From: Caecitellus pseudoparvulus
Taxonomy: Eukaryota > Protista > Bigyra: Bicosoecida
Direction: 5' to 3'
Length of the DNA stretch: 64,000 nucleotides
Assembly: GCA_965644315.1 (NCBI GenBank)
Contig: CBFFRQ010000036.1
Coordinates: forward strand, 43,094 to 107,093
A program made the position numbers and the translations under genes. The notes beneath the pieces were generated by a model, which was not told where the DNA came from, searched no databases, and was given only the letters and a program-made list of their open reading frames with translations. Positions 31,351-43,300 of this stretch are shown here, in pieces; within the stretch, counting starts at the first letter, position 1, and each line of letters starts with the position of its first letter.

Positions 31351-34300
31351 ATGGCTCCCCTGCTTTGGGCCTGTGTGGTTGCAGCCACTGTTTCCCTTTC
31401 TGCTGCACTACCTCTGGGCCCCGACGCGCGCGGGACGCAGCTGCAGTACGAGTACGCCTTCACGCTGCAGCACATCGACTCGACGACGGAGCATGTCGCC
31501 GCCCACGCGTCCCTCACGGCGTCTGTGACGGCGGTGCACGTGGATGCACAGGCCGTGGATGCCGGCGCTGTCGTCGCCCCTTCCAGCACGCTGTGGGAGG
31601 TGACCGTCTCGGACGTCAAGCCCGGCGAGCGTAACGAAGCCAGGGTGCTGGACCCTGACATGGACTACTCTGCCCTCTCCCTGCCCATGTATGTGGAGGT
31701 GGATGGGACCACCGGTGGCGTTCAGGCCGTGTGGAGCCACCCCTCAGACGACAAGCAGGTGAGCTCCCCAGCCTGGTCCTGTCTCGCACAGCGCCTGCTG
31801 CAAGCTGCCGGGACCCTCCCACCCCCCACAGGCCATTGCCTTCAAGAAGGGTATCTTGGACTCCCTCCATACGCACCGCTGCCACAAAGTCGGCAAGCCA
31901 GACGACCTTGGGGTGTTTCGTTGCACCCACAACGATGTCGACACGGTGCGTGCCTCGCTGCGCTGTCTCTGCCTGTGTGGGCCAGGCCAGGGCACAAAGT
32001 GCACTGTGTGCTCCCCCCTCTGCCTGAATGCTGGCCTGCTTTGTGCCGTTGTGGGCGCCAGGATGCCTTTGTGGGTGCAGGGTGCAGTTGTGAAACGCCA
32101 GGCGGCTCGGCGCTGCATTCGAGCAGGGCGCCACGCGAGAGCGCAGGGCTCAGGCTGTATCTGTTGCACTGAACAGCTTCTTCGCAGCCACTTCACGCTA
32201 TGTGTGCCTTTGTGCTTGTTCTTGCGACCGTCGAGAGCGCTGCCAGCACGATGCTGTGCGCGCCCAGCATTCCGAAGCCTTGCCCGAGGCTCTCTCTCAA
32301 GCCCCTCACGCTGCTCCGCATCTTACCGGCTGCTCGCTCGTCCATTCGCCGAAGCATGTCTGTCTTTGTGCCTCCTGTGCCCTCCTGCCCCGGCTGAGTT
32401 CCAGGGCGCGTGGGCGGCCCTCGCAGCTTGTGTGGATTGTGCGATGTGCGCCGCCGACGCTTTCCTGCATCGCCACCCCCCACGGAGCCTCTCTCCACCG
32501 ATTCTTTGCAGGTGGGAGAGGCAGTTGCCAAGACCATCGCAGAGCCGCATGGGGATGGCGTGGTGCTCACGTCACGCCGAACGCAGGCGGACTACCCCAA
32601 GTTTTTCGAGATGTCCCGTTCCTCGCCCCGGCATTCCAGGACAGCCTACGACGATGTCCAGTACGCCACAGAGCGATCCCACAACTTGGTGCACCGCCTG
32701 CCCATTTCTGCCCACGATGTGCCGCGGGATGTGGCGCTGGCAGCTGCGGCTGACGCGGCAGTGCAAGGTGCGCAGGGTGCGGACGAAGCGGAATCCGCAC
32801 GAAGCTTGCTGGAGCAAGTTCACGTTCCAGTGGACACCCTGGAGGGCCTGGTCACGGGCTCCACCATCCGCACCCTCGCACACCTGAACAACGAGGCTGG
32901 ACCTGCCCGACGTCGCACTGGTCACGTTGGCGTGGAGTCGGACCAGCACCAAGCCTTCCACACGCAGGGCACTGCAACGTTGACGCTGGTGCACGCACGC
33001 CGAGTGCTGCACGATGACGCAGAGGTGTCAAACCATGCCGGGCGCCACCTGGCCACGTTGACTACATCAGAGTTCTCCAAGTCTGGCCTGGCGATGGCGT
33101 CCTTGCCACTCACCCCAGGCCAGGCCTCTCAAGCGTACGACGCGGTGCGCAGCGGCCAGGCTGTCAACTCCGACTTCCTGAACACTGCGCCCCACCGCCG
33201 CACCTCCATACTCTCTGACAGCCAAGGCCTGCGCAGCGAGGAGATGGACCCTGCCGCCCTGGCAGCCCGGGAAGGCGCTGACGTCACCGTCATCGGCGAC
33301 TCGGAAGAGGGCGGCGACGCTGACGAAGAAGTGCCGCCTGAGACCATGCCTGCCGCTGACGCTGAGTGCCAGGCACTGCACGGACTGCTGGAGTGCGCCT
33401 TGGACAGCAAGAACTCCACCTGCGCATCTTCCATCTCCAAGCAGCTGGTGGTGAAGCCAGACCTCCTCGCACCCATGGCTGGCGCGCTGCTGTACCCCTA
33501 CGCTGTGGGCTGTGGTGGTGCCATTCCCGGCCTTGCCGCAGACGACGCCGAGCCTGGCTGCAAGGCCGCAGCCACCATGGGCGCGCTCCTGATCGAGTAT
33601 CTGGAGCCCATGACGGCTGTCGCGGCATGTGTGCACGCTGGCACCATGACGCGTCTGTCCCACCCCCACGGCGCCGCCGGGCCGCACCCTGGTGACGGCC
33701 TGGACCAGCGCACGCCCCACGCAGCATACTGGGACTCCCACGGCAACCCCACAGAGGCAGCCCTCCGAGGGTGGGACCTGGTGGACCCCGAACCCGTGAA
33801 CGCCACTGCCGCTGCGCAGGACGCGTCCGCATGGGACGGGCAGTGGTCCGATGCAGAGGACCGCGGCGACCCTGCTGCGTCCTGGGTGCCCCCCACACCC
33901 TACACAGACGTGTCGCTGGGCGCCGCTCTGGGCGTGCACCGAGGTGTGCTCGTCATGGCTGTGGGCAACGCTGCCACGCGGGGCGTGCCCGGCGCTGGCA
34001 GCCTGCTGGTCACCCTCATGTCCGCTGCCGCGGAAGTGGATGCGTTCGGGGACGACCTTGACGCTGTGGCACGGGCCATGGAGGAGGCGGAGGCTGAAGT
34101 GGCCGCGGCAGCTGCCGAGGGCCGGGAGCCTGCGCAGTACCCCGAAGAAATCTCCACCTGCTGTGTACCGTACCACTCCGACCCGCTGCAGGACATGAGT
34201 GACGTCATCACGGTCTGCTCCACGGTGCAGTACCCCTCCCTGGAGCTGGCACAGGCCATCACGAGCATTATCAGCACGGCTAGCGACCCTGGCCTGGCCC

Positions 34301-37300
34301 TGCAAGCGCTGCTCGCCGCCGCAGGCATGGCATACAAGATCCAAGAAGCAGCCGCCACGGCCACCGAGCCCTCGGCCGCCCTCACACGGCCGTACCCTGG
34401 CTACCCCAACTCCGCCTTGCGGTCGTGGGCACTGGACGTCATCGCCCACCTGCACGCCGAAGCAGCTGCGGCAGAGGACTTCACCGGCGCGCTGAAGGAC
34501 GCACACTGGGCCGCCGTGGGACAGGCAGCGTTCCACTGGCGCCGCATGTCCCTGGACACCAAGCAGCAGGTCATCTCCCACGCACGCAGCCTGGAGAGCG
34601 AGGAGCACCAGGTGGAGCAGGTGCACGCCCACCCCAGCATGGCCAATGTGTGGGATGACGTCGCACAAGAGTTCCTCTTTGACACCATGTCCCACGACCA
34701 CCTGACGGAGTCCCGGGTGGTGGAGCATGCACGCCGTGCCCTGGCCCAGGTCTCTGCTGCCGCCAAGGCGAGTGGCATGTCCCCTCACATGGCGGCCGCC
34801 GACACAGCTCGTCGACACCTGAGCAGCACTGCTGGCAGCCCCAACCACGGCACGCCCGTCGGCTCTGGCTTTGGCTCCGTGCTGCTGCGGCACCGCTTCT
34901 CCGACACTGAGCTCACTTTGGCCCAGCACGTGGAAGCCATCGTGCAGGCCATGGGTAACAGCGGGCACCCTTCGTTTGTCCCTTTCATTCTTCGCAGCCT
35001 CGCAGAGCGCAAGGTGCAACTGGCCTCCTCGGCAGTCTTCTCCCTGCGCAAGATGTACGCCTTCACGCAGGAGGAGCTGTTGGCGGCGCAGGTGCCCACC
35101 GCCCCCATCTCCCTCCAGGCCGCTGAAGAGGAGCTGGAGAATGCGTTCACCTCCGGTCACCGCCCGTGGGTGACGCCAGAGGCTTCCGAGCACGAGGCAC
35201 ACGCTGCCCGCCACCTGGAAGAGGTAGACGCCGCTGGCGTGCCTGTGCACCCGGCAATCGGCCACCGGTCGCTGCGTGCCCAGGATGGGGCCGCCTTGGC
35301 CCAGCCCCCTCACGCCCGTGTGACGGACTTCCACCTGGACATGCCCGAGTTCCTCGTCTCTGCACACGCGCGCATGCTGAGCGACGCGGCAGACTTTGCC
35401 GAGAACCCCGACGCGGAGCAGGTGGCCAGCCTGCACACGCCCATGGTGATGCACCCTCACCACAAGAGTGTCCTGGGCACCGCCTACGGCTTCCACTTCT
35501 ACTCCCCATACCACCCTCGTCGTGTGGCACACGACAACGCCGGGCAGCACTCCCGCCACCGCCGGCGCATGGCAGCAGCCGATGCTCGCGCGGCAGCTGA
35601 GCACAGCACCGGCGCTGCAGAGACCCTGCACTACTACTCCAACCCCGTGGATGTGTTCGCCGAGGACCTTGCGCTTGCGCTGCCCGCCGAACGTGCGCTC
35701 CTGCTCACCTTCCTCAATGCTCGCACGCCGCTGGCGGTGCGCCTCACGGCTCTGGAGGCCCTGACCACTGTGCCTGCCCACGAGCTGACCACGTCCACCC
35801 TGAACGTCCTGCATGGCCAGCTGCAGCATTACGCCTCCGGCGCCATCGACACGTGCCCCATGAAGTGCTTCCAGCGCCTGTGCCCCAGTGGGCACCTCAA
35901 GCGCTGCCGTGAGGAGTGCATGCACTACTGTGCTGTGGACGCCAAGCTGGAGGCTGGGCTCATCACCCTGCTGCGCCGCATCTCCATCTCCCTCCCACGG
36001 GCGCTGCAGACGACGTTGAAGGGGCACATGGATACCCTTACCACCCGGCGCAAGCTGTCCCCCCTCACGCTGCTGGACATCCGCCTGGGCCGCTCCGACC
36101 AGTGGGAGTACCGCTTTGGCTCTTCCTCTCTGGGCGCCGTCGCGTACGCAGACCTGACCAACCAGGCCTTCTTGCGCATTGGCGTGTTCGGCGGGCTGTT
36201 TGAGCTGGACATCAACGACGAGGCCAAGGTGTCTGTGTACTTCTTTTCCTGGTCCTTCCACTTCTTCTGGGCCAAGGCTGCCTTCCAGACGGGTTTTTCG
36301 TACACGTCCCTCGTGCCGCCCGACCTCCTGTACAAGATCAACAAGTTCGTGGGAGACAACATCGCCAAGGCAGTGCGCCTCGTTGCCCGCTCCCTCGACT
36401 ACTCCTTGGGCTCCAAGAAGGTCACGCTGCGCAAGATCTTCCAGATCTTCCAGGACTACGTCAAGCCCCTCGTGGACATCTTGGACGACCGCCTGGCCAT
36501 CGTGGGCCTGCTCGCTGGCGACGTCAAGCTGGGGCGCCTCATCAACGCCTTCTTGGACAAGGGCGCCGCCATCCCCGAGGAGCTGCTGGGGTGGAAGGAG
36601 CTCAAGCGCACGTCCACTCGGTGGCAGACCACTGCTCAGGAGTTCCACCCCAACGGCACTTCTGTGCGGGCCACCACCCTGCATGGCCTCGTGGGCAACT
36701 GGACAGATGTGTACCTTCCCCGTATCCAGCAGATCCCAGCGGTCTCTGCCGCAGCCGCCAACTACACCGACGACGTGCTGTTCACCCTAAACTCCACGCT
36801 GTCCCTCGGCGCGGTACCACTGGCCTCCGTGAACACCTTTGTGGGGCAGTTCGGAGAGCTGCTGGGCATCCTGGACACCCTGGCAGACAGCCAGCCTTCC
36901 TTTGAGGCCTTTGCGGAGTCCGCCGCGCAGCTGCAGGAAGTGGGCAGGTCCATCGTTGGCACCCATGACGTGTCTGGTGGCCTGCAGTCCTACCTTGCTC
37001 GACGTGGTGGAGTCGTTGTGGACCCCCTGTCCATGGAGGCCGTGGATGTCTTGCGTGTGCTGTCTCCCGACACGGTGTCTGGGACGGTGGAGACCATCAA
37101 CATGCTCCTGAGCATGGAAGGCGCCATCAAGTCCTACCGCAACCGTGCCATGGAGTTCTTTGACTCGCGCTTCGCTGCTTCCAACCACTTCCAGGACGTT
37201 CTCACCGTGGCCAACATGTCCAGCGACATGGCCTACCTGGTGTCTGCCACTGACTCCTTGGCCACTACCCTCACCTCCATTGACAGTGAGGGCCTGAACA

Positions 37301-40300
37301 CCCTGCTCATCATGCTGTCCTCTGTGCAGGGCATGCAGGAGAAGGTGGAAGACATGCCAGCTGACGTCTTGCGTGGCATCAGCAGCGGATCCCTGCGCAC
37401 GGGGCTGGGCAACGCCACTGCAGGCATCGTGCACACGCTGGCCAACGTGGACAACGCCACCGCTGCCGCGTACGAGCAGCTGAACCCGATCATGGAGGAG
37501 CTGCACGAAGGTGTGCGCACTGTGGGCAAGATGATGGGGCGTCTCGTGGAGCTGGAGCGCGTGCTCATGCGCGGCGTGCAGTTCACCCAGCGTGGCATCC
37601 TGCTGGACTTCGCGGGACAGACGAACAACAAGTCCTTCGTGTCCTTGGCGTCCGAGGCCATGTGGGCGACGAACCAGTTCGCAGGGCCGCTGCTGTCTGA
37701 CTTCAACAACACCGTCGGCACGAACCTGGTGGACTTCATCGGCGAGATCCCGTCCACAAAGCAGCAGGTGCTGGACATTGTGCTGGACCAGACCAACACT
37801 CGCCACCTGGCAAAGGTGTGGCTGCCCATCTTTCAGCGTCTGCAGAGCAAGTTGCTGGAGATGACAGACGGCGTCCGCGACAAGCTGGGGCTCTTCGACA
37901 CGATCGAGAGCATCGCTGGGGAGGTGTCCAACATCCCCTTCCTGGGCATCCTCGGCGACGCCCTCAATGTCGTCGTCGACTTCGGCGACAAGGTGAAGGA
38001 GACGCTCGACCGCGTGGACGACATGTTTGAGACTGCCAAGGCTTCTCTGCGCGTGCGCAAGGAGGCCCGCCAGTTCAACCGCACCCTCTTCCACCTGCAG
38101 GAGTTCTCCCCCAACGCACCCCACTTCATGCACGACATCGCCAACTTGACAGACGCCGCCGGCCCATTCGGCAAGATCCTCCTCGCTGCCCAGGCGACGG
38201 CTGGCCTGCCGGGGCGAGTGCGCGAGATGCACGACCACATGTTCGACGCTGCCCACAACGTTGTGGCGCCCACCCTGCGCCCTCTGGCTCGGGAGATCAA
38301 GGTTGTGGAGGCCCGTGTCGCCCGACTCAAGAAGCAGTTCCAGGCCGCGCACACCCTTGTCGTGAACCGGGACCTGCTGCGAGGCATGCTGCGCCCTCTC
38401 ATGCGCCGAGCCGGTGACGTCACCTCCATGATGGGCTCTTTCCAGACCTTTTTCGAGGAGAGCGGGGAGGCCTTCCGCCTGGGGCCCAAGTCCTTGGAGG
38501 TGCAGGAGGTGCTGCTCAGCGCTGGCACGGTCCTGGCGACGTACGCGCAAGACCTGCCGGACGAAGTGATGGAGTACTTCGCAGCACCTTGCGTGTCCGC
38601 CATTCCCGACCCCGGCACCTGCCACCGCGCCCGCTTCTACTACCAGGCTCGCGTGAACGCTGACGCCCTCAAGCCTGTGCAGGAGTCCCTCGCCCACTTG
38701 CGCCAGTTCATGCAGGCGCTCCCAGCGTTCCTGGAGACGACCGCCAAGGTCGCGTCGGTGAAGTCAGACTTCATCTCCTTCATGGGCGTCGCGCGCTCCT
38801 TCCGCTCGGCCTTGGCCAGCAAGGTGTTGGGCAACGCTGCCATCGAGGCGCTGCTCCCCAATGGAAAATCAGCCCAGGAATCCCTGAGTCGCATTGCAGG
38901 CGACGTCACCAAGATGATGGGGGATGCCAAGGCAGCTTTCACTGTCGTGACAGATCGCATGGGCGCCTTTGTTGACAACTACGTCACCCCCGTCGGCCAG
39001 GACTTCTTCAACGTCAAGTACGTCCTGCACGCGTCCGCTACCCCCGAGGCACAGGCCCAGCTGGCCTGGTTCAAGGCACGGGTGCAGGAGCACTTGGTGT
39101 TTGGGAAGGCCATGTCAGCCAAGGCGGTGTCCATGTCCCGCATGAACAACGTCGTCGGCGAGTTCATGGCCCGGCAGGTGACTGAGGGCTTCCTGAAGGG
39201 TTTCTTCGACTTCCTTGAGCGGGTGGCCAAGCCTGCCAAGAAGATCGTAGACTTCCTGGACAAGATCATCACCAAGATCATCGAGATCGTGGACAAGGCC
39301 AAGGAGACCGTCAAGGGCCGCCGCCCGCCTCAGAACCTTCCTGCCTGCCAGTCCAACTTGCTGCCTCCCCCTGGAACGCCGGCCGACTCTGTGCAACCCT
39401 GCATGCGCGTGGTGGAGCGCTCCTCCGCGCTGCACCGCAACATCATCATGCCCACTCGGTACACTTTCTTCTGGGACCACTCCACCCCTGCGCTCGTTCA
39501 AGCGGGCATCGGCAACAACAACGGCAACCGCCAGTTCAGGTGGAAGCAGCCTGGTTTGTACGAGCAGATGCAGCCAGTGGGCATGGACATCCTGAAGAAG
39601 TGCTCGGGAGGTGGTTGGGGCATCTGGCAGAGCGGCTGCGACTCGTACCCCGCCATCCTGCACGCTCCAGCTGGCAACATGCGCCACAAGAATGTGGGCG
39701 GCCCAGGCATTCCCATGCTGTCCATCATGGAAGCTAATGGCGACACCATCAAGAAGCAGTACACCCTGCATGACCACGCGGGCAACCCACTGTCTCAGAT
39801 GAAGGTGACGGACGTCGCCTTCTCTCGTGTGCACATGTTCATCTCTGTGAACTACAAGGAGAACGGTGGCATCATCGCGTATTCCATGCAAGACATCTTC
39901 AGCACCGTGGATTCGCCGCATGTGACTGCCCTGGCCGCCATGAAGCGTGGCAGCCAGCCGCTGGGCTTCTTCCTGGACTCCCGCTGTGACTTCCTGTACA
40001 TCAACTCGTCTTCCCCCGGCGAGGACATCCTGTGGGCTGGCGAGACCCACGTGCCAGGGGGCGACGGTGAAGTGCAGCAGCCCATCCGGGAGTCCCACCC
40101 TGCAGCGTGGGTGGCCGGCTACCAGCTGGGCTTGAACGACCTTCCTGGCGACAACGGCAAGGCCATGGACTTTGACCTCTCCGACTACATCAGCGCTGGC
40201 CTGTCCCTGTTCAAGGACCGCCTCAAGGCTGAGGACTTCCCGGACTGGCTGGCGCCCGTCGGCAACGTGGACGCAGATCCGTCCCAACCGAGCACTGGCA

Positions 40301-43300
40301 ACAGCAGCCAGGGCGTGGCTGAAGGCGGCGTCGCCTCCAACATGCGCGCGTACTTCCAGGAAAGCGAGCCACTGAAGCCCGATCGCCTCATCATCGGTGG
40401 GCGCTTCATGCAGGGCATGGTAATCTTCAAGCAGCTGGGCTGGTGGTGGGTTGGCATCTCCCGCTGGGCGTACCGCTCAGGTGTGGAGGCACAGATCCAC
40501 TTCTGGCGCCACCGCCGGTACAAGCAGCTTCCCAACGGCGCACTTGGCTTCCCTCTCAAACGCAAGCACGAGAAGATGGCCATGCGCACGCCTGGCGGCT
40601 TGACCTCCCTCAAGTACGACCGCTTTGACAGGTACCTGTACGCCAACTTCGATTCCGCATCTGACGCGCGCGTTCGCCGTGCGTTCCGGGTCAAGTCTGA
40701 CATCGAAGACTCTGCCTTCAAGGTGCGTGTGCCCGTGCTGCGTGGTATCAAGCCCAAGGTCTTCGAGAACACCATCTTCTTGATCTGGATGAACGATTAC
40801 GTGTACGGGCCCAAGTGCCTCATCCCCATCGGCGAGCAGTGCAACAACGGCGACTCGGCAGCCTCTGACGCGACCCCGTCGCGCCGTGGCCGAGCACTCA
40901 GCGCCTTCGCCAACTCCGCCCTCGGCGCTCATACGCGGGAGCACCAGCGAATTCTGTCTGCCGTGCGCCAACAGGCACGCGGGGCTGGTTCTGCACAAGC
41001 TGCACATGACGCGTATGAAGCTGGGGAAGCAGACACCAAGGCGCTGTTTGGGCACCGCCTGGGAGCGTCAGGGCCCAACTCAGCAGTCTCTCGCATGCAC
41101 ACGCGTGGCGCTACGAACACCATCCTGCACACGCCGCTTACGCCGCTTGGGCGTGAGCTGGGCTCAGCCGCAGTGCGCCGAGGGTCGTCCTTGGTGGGCA
41201 TGCTGCGCCGGGCGGGAGAAATGTCTCAGGAGGAGGGGTGGCACAACCCCCTTGCCGAAACACCGCTGTACCACATCGACGAAAATGGCCAAGTCGTTGG
41301 CGCCATGGATGCCATGACTGGCAGGCGCCTGGTGTCTGTGGAGCACACATCAGCTGCGCGCAGGGTGTTGGGTCACCGCGAATTTGTCTCCGAGGAGCAC
41401 CCTGCTGCTGAGCGTGCGCGCTCTCTGCTGCCCAACATGCTGTCGCAGTTCTCCAACCTGCCCAGCGACGCAGACGGCTGCATGACTGGTCAAGGCGTGT
41501 TGTGGAAGTGGGATGGCGGCAATCTGTGGCGGTCCCCAGAGTATAGCATCCCCGTTGGGCCTGTCGCGATCGTCCTTTCGGCGGGAGTGGACGCGAATTT
41601 CGCCGTGGGGTATGAGATTGGCCTGTGCCCTCTCGACTTGGCCGTCAAGGCAGCGATCATCCCGACGGCCAGCGTGTCGGCTTGGGGCGAAGCGGCAGTG
41701 TCGTTCTATGTTGTCAAGGCCGGCATTCAGATCATTGCGACGATTCTGGACACTATTCTCAAAGGCTTCGCGAAGATTGCCCTGCGCCCTGCTGGCTCCA
41801 TCGGCGTCTGCGCGGGCCTGGTCGCAGAAACCATTCCTCTTGCCGTGCAGTTCGACGCCTTCGTCCAGTTGCGCCTGTGCTTCTGCTTCAAGAAGGTGTG
41901 CGTGAAGCTGGGATTTGTCAAGGTCTGCGTACCCGTCCCATGGATCTGCTGGTGCCCCAAACTCAAGTTCACCATCTTCAAGTGGCAAATGAAGGCCCTG
42001 ACCTTCAAGCTCTTCGACACTTGTGAGGAGCCCGAGGACACCACACCGCCTATCCCGCCACCCCGCGTTGACTTCCTGCAGACTGACAACCAAACACTGC
42101 ATGTTGCATGGGCAGAGGGTGAGGACCCCGAGACAGAGGTCATGGAGTACTGGGTGGCCGTTGGTTGGGGCCCGGGCCAGGATCAGCTCGTACCGTGGAC
42201 CAACATGTCAATGGGGCTGTCCTACGACGAGACTGACATGGACCTGCCCTCGGGCCAAGTTGCCTTTGCGACTGTCTCTGCTACGAACGGCGCAGGGCTC
42301 AAATCTCAGAACTCCTCTGCGCCTGTCATTCTGGACTCCACCCCCGCGCAAGTGGTGGACTGGCAAGTCCGCTCAGGCCCCCGAGGCAACTACGAGACAG
42401 TCGGCCTCATTGACAGTGACGCTGCTCCATTCGTCTGGACGAATTCCTCCACAACGCTGTTCATGCGGTACCGAGTGCTGGAGCCTGAGGGCATGACCGA
42501 CATTAACGACGTGCAGCTGGCAAACTCCCCGGAGGATGCCACTGGCGGCGGCATCTACGACCCCCTCACGAACACTGGCGACAGGCACTCCATCCTGCGG
42601 AACAAGGACCAGTGGTCAAACCGCGAGTGGCGCTTCCAGGGGCCCTCTTCGCACTTGGAGAGCAAGGACACAAGCTTCATCAATGTTGCCATGGAGCACC
42701 AGCTGAACTTCACGACACAAACAGACGCTGCACGGGTGCGCGGCGAGAAGGTGCTGGAGCACGGCGTCGCCTACCACCCGAAACTGTACACCATCAACAG
42801 CCTCGGAACCGAGCAAATCTTCACAACGACGCCAATTAAGGTGGATTTGACCGACCCGTACCTCGGGCAGGGCGGCTTCGTCTCGCACACGCCTGACCAG
42901 CGCGTGAAGCGCTGGGACCGCTTCGGCCACGAGGTGCAGATGTTCTGGGACGGCTTCGACGATGACCTCAGCGGCATTTCTGAGTATGAATGGGCGCTGT
43001 ATGACATCACCAACGACACGTGGCACACTCAGATTGAGGCGGTGGACCACCCTCAGAAGATGGTGCACAAGCGCAAGCCCTTCTTGCTGGAGCACGCCGC
43101 GACCTACCGAGGGTACGTGCGTGCCTTGAACGGGGCCGGTCGCCGGTCTCCTTTCAAGCCTGCTCCCAAGTTCACCGTGGATCGTACGCCTCCCAAGTGC
43201 GTGGACGTGATGCCCGGCAGGCCTGTGCAGGACATCGACCCCACTGGCCGCATCCCTAACACTGAGGACTGGGTCGCAACGTCGTACATGCCTTTCTTGA

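Noticed and set aside
32410-32511. Track start of the 9297-aa ORF, and ORFs 31856-32887 and 30877-32172
   Set aside because: Intron read-through; signal peptide and phase-0 splice sites define the start at 31351.
33067-36684. 1205-aa minus-strand ORF, plus others such as 36787-38697 and 18811-20949
   Set aside because: Antisense shadows of strongly codon-biased GC-rich genes; no motifs and unnatural composition.
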